Shown here: one piece after another, positions 13,784-23,212 of the stretch
How positions within the stretch are numbered: the stretch's first letter is position 1
Layout of the letters: the number at the start of each line of letters is the position of its first letter
Source of the DNA: Azolla caroliniana
Lineage: Eukaryota > Plantae > Polypodiophyta
DNA: 64,000 nt
Direction of reading: 5' to 3'
Assembly: GCA_043228905.1 (NCBI GenBank)
Contig: JBHGNT010000004.1
Location: 6,138,001-6,202,000 of the forward strand
Notes under the pieces: generated by a model
What the model was told of the DNA's origin: nothing
The model's input: only the letters and a program-made list of their open reading frames with translations
Database searches by the model: none
Position numbers and translations under genes: made by a program

Positions 13784-13856
13784 CAATAGATGGTCTAATG
13801 GTCAAGAGCTCGACCCATATAACCTAAGGTCATGGGTTCGAGTCTTGCCATATCAT
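13784..13856 (+). ncRNA. tRNA-like Pol III A-box/B-box module in the chromovirus LTR end (also 19023-19095, 38788-38860, 58547-58619)
   Basis: A box TGGTCTAATGG (13791-13801) and B box GGTTCGAGTC (13835-13844) at tRNA spacing; acceptor stem does not pair. Confidence 0.6.
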
Positions 13857-16800
13857 GACACTATCCCCCCTTTAAAACGACGAGTGTCACGAGTCGTCTT
13901 GGATTGAGGACCCGGTTTGTGTGGATATTGACGATGGAAGTCTTCAAGAAGAGCACGAGCATTGGTTACATTCTCGATCGGTTCCCAAGTACGTTCGCTG
14001 GGACTATAGCCTAGCCAATCGACTAGATAGTAGAGCTTGTTGCGAACAATCTTGGAATCAAGAATGGCGGCAACCTCGTACTCCGGCCCATCTTCAAGCT
14101 CGATCGGGGGTGGAGGTTGGATAAGGCGTTCTGGGATGGTGCTCTCGTGGTAGGGTTCGAAGAGAGAACTATGAAACACCGGATGTATCCGAAGTTGAGG
14201 AGGTAGATCGAGACGAAAAGCAACATCATTAATCTTTCCAATAATACGGAAAGGACCTAATCGCCGATAATCCAACTTCTCACATGGGCGAGTAGTCTTG
14301 ATGTGTCGTCATAGCAACCACACCCGATCTCCAATATTAAAACTAGATGAAAGTCGATGACGATCCGCGTAGACCTTGTGTGTTTGTTGAGCTTGCTGGA
14401 GATGAGTAGATAAATCCGCTTGTATCTTGCGTAACCGCTCCAAACGATCCTCCGCGCACGGATTTGTGGACACCTCTGGGGTTTCAAGTACACTCCACCG
14501 GGGGTGACATCCCGTATAAGCATAAAATGGCGTAACTTTAGTGGATGCGTGGATAGAGTTGTTATAGGCAAATTCGGCGAAGTGGAGAATATTTGCCCAG
14601 TCGTCCTGATGATAGCTGAGAAAGCACCGCAGATACTGCTCCAACGTTTGATTTGTTCGTTCAGCTTGGCCGTCAGTTTGTGGGTGGTAGCCGGAAGAGA
14701 GGTTACAAGTGACCTTGAGCATGTTAAAAAGGTGCTTCCAGAATTTTGACACGAACTGGGGTCCACGGTCGCTGATGATACTATCGGGGAGTCCATGATG
14801 CCGACATACTTCACGCATGACAATTTCGGCAGTGTCTTCACTGGAGATCTCCTTAGTACATGGCAAGAAATGAGCCATCTTCGTATATCGATCGACCACC
14901 GTTAGAATCGCATTGAACCCCTTAGAGACTGGAAGATCTGTGATGAAGTCTAGAGCAATGGATTGCCACGGCTTGCTTGGAATTGATAATGGTTCTAATA
15001 AACCATATGGATGATGCCTTGGCATTTTCGCTCTGCAACATGTATCACAAGTCCGAACAAAATCCTCGACAAATTGTCGCATACAGGGCCACCAGAATGA
15101 TCGTTGTACTAAATGTAATGTTTTAGTACTACCAAAATGCCCAGCTGTATATGTGTCATGACAGTTTTGTACTACTCGAAGGCGGCAAGAACCATTAGGA
15201 ACATTCAAAAGTTCTTTAAAGAAGAGTAATCCATCATGGTATTTGAATTTCCGATAGTCCGTACCTGGTGGTTGCGACTGTGAACACGACGCTCGAGAGG
15301 GATCAATTTGTGCTAGTATAGCTTGGGCGAACGCATCTGTCTTCAAGTCTTCACGTATGGTATCGATAACGCGGGAATCCATAGGCATGTCAAAGATTTG
15401 TGTTGCTTGTAATCGTGCCGGTCCCAAGATGACTTGTTTTTGGTTATCGAAAGCTGGCTCGCCGGGACGGGGTGCTAGATACGAACGCCGTGATAATGCA
15501 TCTGCCTTCCCTTGGTGCCTCCCCGGACGATATGTAATTTTGAAGTCGAAACGCATGAGGAAGTGGGCCCACCGAGCTTGACGTCGATTCAACACACGAG
15601 CATCCTGAAAGTAGGCAAGATTCTTGTGGTCACTAAATACGGTGACTGGATGAGAGGATCCCTCCAGCAAATGCCTCCATTGCATAAAAGAATCCACTAT
15701 TGCCAACAGCTCCTTATCATGGATTTCGTAGTTGATTTCGGCGGCATCAAACTTGCGTGAGTGAAAAGCCACAGGATGTAGCTTTTCATCATTCCCCTGT
15801 TGTGACAGAATGCTCCCCAATGCAAAATCCGATGCGTCAGCTTCGATAATGAATGGTTTCTCCAGATCGACATGAGCTAGAATTGGAGCCGATGTAAATG
15901 CTTTTTTAAGACTCTCGAAAGCCATGTCCGTTTCTTCAGACCAGGTGAACGGTTGTCCCTTCCTGGTAAGTTGTGTGAGAGGTAGAACGATCTTTGAGTA
16001 ATCCTGTATGAACTTCCGGTAAAAATTGGCAAAGCCTAAGAAGCATTGCACATCCCGTACCGAACGCGGAGTCTGCCATTCTACCACCGTTCTGACCTTA
16101 GCTGGGTCCATGGAGATGCCTTCTGACGAAATGATGTAGCCGAGAAATTCCACTTGGTTGCACCCGAAACTACATTTTTCTAGCTTTGCATACAGACCAT
16201 GTTCTCGAAGTCGTTTTAGTACTAATAATACATGAGAATCATGTTCTTCTTGGGTCTTTGAATAAACCAGTAGATCATCCAAATAGATGATCAAACAATC
16301 ATCCAATAGATCTCGGAATATATCATTAGCCATGTGCTGGAAGACTGCCGGCGCATTAGTGAGGCCGAACGGCATGACAGTATACTCGAAGTGCCCATAT
16401 CTGGTGCGAAACGCGGTCTTCCATTCGTCTCCTGGTCGGATCCGTACGAGGTTATATGCTCCCCGTAAGTCGATCTTCGTGAAGAACCTGGCACCATTGA
16501 TCCGTTCTAAAAGACTTGAGATAAGGGGAAGAGCATACCTATTCCTGATTGTAACCTTATTCAAGCCACGGTAATCTACAACGAGACGAAGCGATCCATC
16601 TTTTTTCTTGACGAAGAAAATGGGCGCACCGGCTGGAGATTTCGAATGCCGAATGAAACCATTTTCCAAATTCTCCTCTATATAGGCCCGAAGGACTTCC
16701 AGCTCGGTTGGTGACAAATTGTAGATCGGTCCCCATGGCGGCTCTTTTCCCGGTTGTAAATCGATGGGGCAATCGTACGGTCGATGATGAGGAAGTGTGT

Positions 16801-17440
16801 TGGCTTGTACTTTATCGAACACATCGGTGTAATGGCGATACTTCTCGGGAAGTTGAACAGTGGATTCTTCTTTAGTGGTGTTGGAGGGGTTTACTGATAT
16901 TGCAAAGAGGAACATTTCCTCCTTGTGCCCTTCTTTACGCAACTGACGTAGCGAAATGGTTGCCATCTTCTGAGTTGACCCTTGGGCTTGTCGACACCGG
17001 ATTTCTCTTGTTCTCCAATCTATGTCAGGGTTATGTAACTCGAACCACGGTAGTCCTAAAACTATAGGATGTTCTGGGATACTAATAATATTAAATGATA
17101 CTACACATACTAAGTTATCTAGGACAATATTAATGGGCTCTGACTCTTCTAGGATATTTCCGGAAGCAATGGGACGTCCATCAATGACTACTACAGAGGC
17201 TGGACACTGGAGTTTTCTTAGGGATATCTTATGAGCTTGAGCAAATTTCTTATCCATAAAGCAAGAGTTAGCTCCGGAATCTAGGAGTGCTAGGACATGT
17301 ACTGGAGGGGTACTTTTAGTACTAACTATTACTTGGGCTACGAACACATCACTAACTTGCTTAGAGGGAATGGAACCACTAATGGGCTGCACAGATCTAG
17401 GGCTGTCCAACCAAACGGCTCCTATTTTGGCTGGACTTAG
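13853..17440 (-). pseudogene. Chromovirus Pol (protease, RT, RNase H, integrase, chromodomain) with an in-frame nonsense codon at 14309
   Basis: LLDSGA, IYLDD, DASDFA, HHCC, DFIT/SDRG; WLL-TGA-RHIK (CGA>TGA) continues in frame into GPF motif and chromodomain YEVAAILD..YLVDWLGY..TWEP. Confidence 0.92.
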
Positions 17441-17449
17441 TCATTTAAC
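17397..17449 (-). promoter_or_regulatory. gag-pol -1 ribosomal frameshift signal (slippery site plus pseudoknot)
   Basis: G TTA AAT, 6-nt spacer, 11-bp stem GTCCAGCCAAA/TTTGGTTGGAC, loop TAGGAGC able to pair with downstream GCCCTA; pol is in the -1 frame. Confidence 0.7.
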
Positions 17450-18588
17450 TCTTCTTCTAACTGACTAAGGACATCAAATTTGTTTGCTAGATCTGGGATA
17501 TTAGTACTATTAGGACTATCAGATATCCCTACTGAAATAGGTTCGGATTTAGTACAATTAGAACTAGCGACTATTTGGTTTACCTGTCTTCTTGGCCTAT
17601 GGGGGCAATTTATTGCGATATGTCCTGGTCCACCGCAGTAAAGACATAGTCGATTTGTACGGCGTCGCTGCTTTTCTTCTTCGGATAATGGCCCTCGACG
17701 ACGTGTAGTGTCAATCTCCATCGGAGTCGGAGTATTCGCTGGAGACGCATTATATGACTCCCTCGGAAAAGGTCTTGCTACCACTGAGGCGTAGGTGGGC
17801 TCTGATCTTGCCCTCGGCATCTGTAGCTGTCGTTCCGAACGTCGCTCAAAGAGGCGGTTGTCACATCTCACCGCGCGACTGATTGCTTCTGTTAAGGACT
17901 TTGGCTCTTCGGGGAAGGTCAAGAGTAAATCCTTGACGTCGTTGCGTAAACCATAACGGAATTGCTCCATCAACGCTTGATCATCCCAAGGGATATCGGC
18001 GGCGAGTAGGCGAAAATCTGCAGCGTATGCGGAGGCTGGACGGTCACCTTGGCGTAATCGCCGGATTTTGTTGATTGCGGTCCTGATGCTGTCAGTATCT
18101 CCGAAACATGCTTTAAACTCACCTAGAAACTCTTCAAAATTGTTGAGTAACGGAGATTCCTTTTCTAATAGTGGAGCAAACCATGACAACGCTGAGCCAC
18201 TTAACAAAGTGCCTACTAAACCCACTCGTGATGCATCGGTGGGATATCGGGAAGGATGCATTTGAATAACTAATCGTACCTGGTTAAGGAACCCTCTAAA
18301 CTGCGATCGCGTTCCATCGAACTTCGTGGGAAGGCCAATCTTAGGTTCTTTATGAATCCCTTGTGTTCCGGGCCCATGTTGTTGCATCGCTACGATGGTG
18401 GCTTCGAGTTGTTGCACGCGTAACGCAAGTTCCCCATGTTGTTGTTGCGTTTGCTGCTTTTCTAAGGAGATTTGCTGAAGATCCCCCAGCAACCGTTGGT
18501 TTTCTTGTTCCAAAGCATGGAACTTCTCCTTCAAGCATTGGAATTCCGAGAAAACAGATTGATATTCTTCAGCGCTAACAGTGGCCAT
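17437..18588 (-). CDS. Chromovirus Gag (sushi/PEG10-like capsid, CCHC knuckle)
   Basis: Intact 383 aa; LPTKFDGTRSQFRGFLNQ capsid motif; CLYCGGPGHIAINC. Confidence 0.92.
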   Translation of the reverse strand: MATVSAEEYQSVFSEFQCLKEKFHALEQENQRLLGDLQQISLEKQQTQQQHGELALRVQQLEATIVAMQQHGPGTQGIHKEPKIGLPTKFDGTRSQFRGFLNQVRLVIQMHPSRYPTDASRVGLVGTLLSGSALSWFAPLLEKESPLLNNFEEFLGEFKACFGDTDSIRTAINKIRRLRQGDRPASAYAADFRLLAADIPWDDQALMEQFRYGLRNDVKDLLLTFPEEPKSLTEAISRAVRCDNRLFERRSERQLQMPRARSEPTYASVVARPFPRESYNASPANTPTPMEIDTTRRRGPLSEEEKQRRRTNRLCLYCGGPGHIAINCPHRPRRQVNQIVASSNCTKSEPISVGISDSPNSTNIPDLANKFDVLSQLEEELND

Positions 18589-18647
18589 GGGATGAAAGAA
18601 AAGAGGAATAAAAGATTAGTAGGAAATGAGAGAGACAGAAGGTAGGA

Positions 18648-18659
18648 AAATTGGTTCAA
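18648..18659 (-). promoter_or_regulatory. Self-priming PBS of the chromovirus
   Basis: TTGAACCAATTT 2 nt after the 5' LTR, no TGG tRNA complement; complementary to AAATTGGTTCAA in the LTR (18871-18882), 33 nt downstream of TATAAAA. Confidence 0.75.
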
Positions 18660-18765
18660 ACTGTCATGAACAGTACTGAGACAGAGAAGGAATTAGTACT
18701 AAACGAAGGATTAGTACTATGAGAGGTGTGGAACTTCTTCGAGAGAAGGAAGAAGTGAGCGAGAC

Positions 18766-18804
<39 letters not shown>

Positions 18805-19099
18805 TGATAAGAAAGATATTTATTATATGAAGAGAATATACAACGGTGGCTAAAAGGCTTAAGACTGGCGTTGAACCAATTTGGTTCAACATAATGCCTA
18901 GTGCCCTCTTTTATAGTGTTTTCAGGAGTAATCCTGAAGCTTCTAGAATGTTCCAGAGAAATCTGGAATATACACTAATTTCCTATAATAAAATGTAAAT
19001 GAAAATAATATCCTACGTATTACAATAGATGGTCTAATGGTCAAGAGCTCGACCCATATAACCTAAGGTCATGGGTTCGAGTCTTGCCATATCATGACA

Positions 19100-20019
19100 G
19101 ATACAACGCGTTCTTGAATCGTCCGAGTCATGCGTTCTGCGATTCCGTTCTGCTCCGGACTATATGGTGCCGTATATTCATGTCTAATGCCGCGTTCTCG
19201 CAAAATTTGACGAATTCATCAGATTTGAACTCACCTCCATTGTCGGTTCGGAGACACTTCAGTTTCCGACCGGTCTGGTTTTCAACCATTGCGAGCCAAT
19301 CTGAGAAGATCGAGAACACCCGATCTTTGGTTCTGATGGGGTAAGCCCACACCTTCCGAGTCGAGTCGTCAATGAAACTGACGAAGTACGAGGCACCACC
19401 GAGTGACTGATGTGGCATCGGGCCACAGACGTCCGAGTGGACCAAATCGAGCGGGCTCGACTCTCTTGGTTCTGATGTCGGGTGTGATGCAGCTACCTGT
19501 TTGCCGTACTGTGCAATGCTCGCAAAACTGATGGTCCGAGAAGGAGAGTTTCGGGATGTATCCGGCTCTGGATAGGTGCGTGATGCCGGCCTTGCTGAGG
19601 TGTCCGAGTCGTCCATGCCATAAGGATGACACAGGGATATCTACCAGAAATAAGTTACCCTCTCTGAGTGTGACATACAAAGGGTACAATGAGTGTACCT
19701 TTGGTCCTCTAGCAAGCAGGAGGTTCCCTCTGTGGAGTGTCCACCCTCCTGATGAGAAACCAACACGGATGCTAGCTTTATCAAGTTGTCCGACTGAGAT
19801 CAAGGGTCGTGAGAGCTCAGGAACGTGTCGAACGTTGTGTAGTACGAGTGTAGAGCCACCCGGAAGGTTGAGCTCTACGGTGCCGATTCCGATGATAGCA
19901 CAGTGCTGCGAATTTCCGACCCGAACTGAGTCGGAGTGCCGGTCTGAATATTGCCGAAACTATGATCGGTGAGGTGTCACGTGATACAACGCGCCCGAGT
20001 CCAGAAGCCATGTGCTCGA
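19100..20019 (-). pseudogene. Copia B protease, GAG-pre-integrase and integrase N-terminus
   Basis: WLLDSGALYHV, LWHGRLGH, LVHSDVCGP, RTDNGGEF; frameshifted. Confidence 0.88.
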
Positions 20020-23000
20020 TGTTATTCTCTGACCGGACAAGGCCTAACACAAGGTGTCACGGAGACACTTCACAAGGGGTGATTACGGCATAGGATTAAG
20101 ATTCAACGATTACACCGACTTACGTAGGTTACACGATTAGAGTGCTTTGGTTAATTACACGCGTAAGATATAACAGTAATTACAGAACGGAAATCAACAC
20201 AGAAGTATAAACACCATATGCTCTATTAATTATCCGCTGCGATTACAATGGGGTCCGAGCCTTTAAATAGGTTTCCGGCCCGTAGTACAAAACGGTGCCT
20301 ATCGCACCTATTCGGGATCCGTCCGGATCTGGAACGGCATACCGTTTCCAGTCCGTCCGTCCACACTATGCTTATTTACAACCATACTTAATTAATTCCT
20401 TCACTCCGTATTTTGGACTCCTTGCCGGCCGGTAACACATGGCACGCCCGTGGGACAGTACCTTGTACGTCGAACCCTTCTCGGCCCCTTCATTGTTCAC
20501 CCAAATTGTCCAAAATACTTTGTTCCAGAATTTCCACTTGTTCTTCCGGTTGTGGTTGTTGCGGCTGTGCTTGTTGCTGCTGCTGTGGTTGCGGTTGGGA
20601 CTGAGGCTGCTCCGGCTGCTCTATAGGCGGCTGCTCCGTTCGTTTCTCTGACTCCGGCATCTCCGTTTGACTGCTTCCGGTCCGGTCTCCTTCCAGTAAC
20701 GGTTCCTCATCACCGAGGTTGACCGTAACCGGTTCTCGTGCTTTCTCTTCTCGGATCCGGGACCTCTCGTAGCTTTCAAACTGGATCTGCGCCTCCAGCC
20801 TGTCGTCGTCCAGCTGAGCTACAAGTTGCCGGACTTGCCCTAGTTGGTCCTCTGCCAAGGCTTGAAAGTCTTCGGCCAGCTCATCTCTTATGCCGGTGAA
20901 GTCTTCGGAAGTCAGCATATAGCAATCATCTCCCTCCTTCCGCCGGTTCTCTACGTCGGCCCGGAGCAATTGGAGTTCCGCCGCGTTCGTGGCCCACTTG
21001 GTCCACCATTTGACGGAACCGTTGTCAATCAAGCTCTTGGTCTGGTTCAACCAGGCCCGCATGATATCCTGGATGCGACTTGCTCCCATTTGCGCTCTAC
21101 TTTCCACAACTTGTCGTTCCTCCTTCAACTGCTTGATGAGATTCGCCGTATCCTCCGCCTGCTCTCTGTAGCGCGTCAGCTGCCCTTGATATGTTGTCTG
21201 CAGCCTCTGCAGTACCTCCGCCGCTCTTTCTTTTTCCGCCTGCTGTTGCCTGAGGAGCTCTGTCCGAACCTTCTCCGCCTCTTCCAACCGTCTTCTGGTT
21301 TCCGCTTGTTCATTAGCGTATGCCGTTGCGGTCCGATCAACTGCTTGCCGGAGCTCATCCGTCCGTTCCTTGTGCTCCGTTTGCAACCGTTTATACTCCC
21401 GGTGCAAGTGCTCAAATTCCTCCGTTTTTTGTTTGAGCTTGCCGTTGATCTGGCGATGGTTCCGGTCCTCCCGGTCCTTTAGCTGCCGGAGTTCCTCTTT
21501 CAGGCGCTCTATTTTTGTTTCGGCGTTTCTCCGGAGCCTGTCCTTCTCTTGCAGCATTTTCTCCTTTTCCTCCTTGAGCCGGTCGTACGCTTGGTGGCCT
21601 TTTCGTAAACTCTCCTCAGCCCGGCGTAGATTCTCAGCAGTCTTTTTGAGTTCTGCCTCCGCTGCCGTCTTCAACTCTCTTTCGCGGCTCCTCAGCGCTT
21701 CTTGGGCAGCTAGCTCATCCTTTAAGTCCGCAAGCTCTTGGGCTTGTGCCGCATTTCTCTCCGGAACGGTTTCCGTTGCCGGGGTCTGATTGCTATGTAC
21801 AGGTTGATCTGACGCTTTATTCTGTACATTGCCCGGAGTCACCGGTGCTTGGACTTGTGTTGTCAAAGCCAATTGAGCCATTTCCCTTGTGACCCTGTCC
21901 AAGTCTTGTTCAAGGCTCCGGATTCTGGACCGGGCCGTCTCTAGATCTACGGTTGTGACGAGCAACCGTTCGTGGTGCGCTCTCTCCTCCGCCTCTATGT
22001 ACTCGACCGCTCCGGCGATCTGCTCGCCTACCCACCGTAGCCACATGCTACTGGTGCCTTGCTGCTGTACTGGTCGGGTCGGCTCGTTCACTGTGGAATT
22101 GTCTGGCCTGAGTGCCTGTATCTGCCGTTCTGGTTCTACTTCTTGGCCACCGTGTGTGCTGGCTGGGCTCGCCGGCTGTTGAGTTCCGGTTCTCGCCGTC
22201 TCCGGAGCCGTTGGAATGACTTCTTCTATAGAAGTCGTCAAGGCCGGTTCTATACGCACCGGTTCCGGTTCCTCCCTTGTGATTTGCTCAGGTTGAGTTG
22301 GGGGCGTTTCCTCCTTTTGCGGGTCCGAACACTCCCCCGCTGTCCCGGCGGTCCTACTTCTTGACCGTCGTTGGAGGTGCTCTTCTGGCTCCTCCGTTTC
22401 CTCTTCCTGGGTAACGGCATGTTTCTGTGCCGTCAAGGGTTCCGGTTCCTTCTGTCCCGGTCGCCGTATGGTTATCTTAACGGGTCCCACCGGTGACACC
22501 TCCTCCGGTTCTGGGAGCCGTTTCTTCCCTTTCGTCGCCTTCGACGCCAGCAGCTGCTGTCGTTTGGACGCGAGTTTACTGTAACCGAAGAGATTCCTCC
22601 GCGACTCTCCGGATCTTGTTGGAGAACGAACGATCCGAGCGAATTTCGTGCGCTGCTTGCTGGAAAGTCTCACGCCGTCTTTGCCGTTCGGCGAGGCGTC
22701 GAGCTCGGTCTGTAACCAGGTCGTGCGTTGGTCTCGTCATCCATTAAGCCGTCGTTCGCTGCGAGAAAGCAGGAATCGTGGTCGCCAAAACTGTGTTATT
22801 CTCTGACCGGACAAGGCCTAACACAAGGTGTCACGGAGACACTTCACCAAAGGGTGATTACGGCATAGGATTAAGATTCAACGATTACACCGACTTACGT
22901 AGGTTACACGATTAGAGTGCTTTGGTTAATTACACGCGTAAGATATAACAGTAATTACAAAACGGAAATCAACACAGAAGTATAAACACCATATGCTCTA

Positions 23001-23212
23001 TTAATTATCCGCTGCGATTACAATGGGGTCCGGGCCTTTAAATAGGTTTCCGGCCCGTAGTACAAAACGGTGCCTATCGCACCTATTCGGGATCCGTCCG
23101 GATCTGGAACGGCATATCGTTTCCAGTCCGTCCGTCCACACTATGCTTATTTACAACCATACTTAATTAATTCCTTCACTCCGTATTTTGGACTCCTTGC
23201 CGGCCGGTAACA
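20020..23212. mobile_element. Non-autonomous LTR element X (Tat/Ogre-like primer use), 3.2 kb, one coiled-coil ORF, opposed tRNA-Arg PBS-like sites
   Basis: LTRs 20020-20437 and 22794-23212 (TGTTA...TAACA, few differences); TSD CTCGA; no gag, RT or INT. Confidence 0.93.
20490..22673 (-). CDS. 727-codon ORF of element X: basic/NLS-like N-terminus, low-complexity linker, long SMC-like coiled coil, Q/P-rich tail
   Basis: Uninterrupted 2.2-kb frame filling the internal region, open in all three copies; start codon unclear (GTG, no upstream in-frame ATG). Confidence 0.7.
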   Translation of the reverse strand: MRLSSKQRTKFARIVRSPTRSGESRRNLFGYSKLASKRQQLLASKATKGKKRLPEPEEVSPVGPVKITIRRPGQKEPEPLTAQKHAVTQEEETEEPEEHLQRRSRSRTAGTAGECSDPQKEETPPTQPEQITREEPEPVRIEPALTTSIEEVIPTAPETARTGTQQPASPASTHGGQEVEPERQIQALRPDNSTVNEPTRPVQQQGTSSMWLRWVGEQIAGAVEYIEAEERAHHERLLVTTVDLETARSRIRSLEQDLDRVTREMAQLALTTQVQAPVTPGNVQNKASDQPVHSNQTPATETVPERNAAQAQELADLKDELAAQEALRSRERELKTAAEAELKKTAENLRRAEESLRKGHQAYDRLKEEKEKMLQEKDRLRRNAETKIERLKEELRQLKDREDRNHRQINGKLKQKTEEFEHLHREYKRLQTEHKERTDELRQAVDRTATAYANEQAETRRRLEEAEKVRTELLRQQQAEKERAAEVLQRLQTTYQGQLTRYREQAEDTANLIKQLKEERQVVESRAQMGASRIQDIMRAWLNQTKSLIDNGSVKWWTKWATNAAELQLLRADVENRRKEGDDCYMLTSEDFTGIRDELAEDFQALAEDQLGQVRQLVAQLDDDRLEAQIQFESYERSRIREEKAREPVTVNLGDEEPLLEGDRTGSSQTEMPESEKRTEQPPIEQPEQPQSQPQPQQQQQAQPQQPQPEEQVEILEQSILDNLGEQ

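Larger units (their letters stand above)
13419..19099 (-). mobile_element. Ty3/Gypsy chromovirus (Tcn1/sushi-like), full length, inserted in Copia B integrase
   Basis: Near-identical LTRs 13419-13860 and 18662-19099 (TGTCATGA...TCATGACA); TSD GATAC; PPT AAAGGGGGGATAG; gag, PR-RT-RH-INT, chromodomain. Confidence 0.96.

Noticed and set aside
13784-13856. Functional tRNA gene
   Set aside because: Acceptor and anticodon stems do not pair; only the Pol III boxes and a wobble-rich T arm remain.
17437-18588. Domesticated PEG10/RTL-like host gene
   Set aside because: It lies inside a complete LTR element with TSD, PBS and PPT.
20844-22747. Plus-strand ORFs within element X and other short ORFs opposite pol genes
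   Set aside because: Antisense shadows of coding frames with no recognisable motifs.
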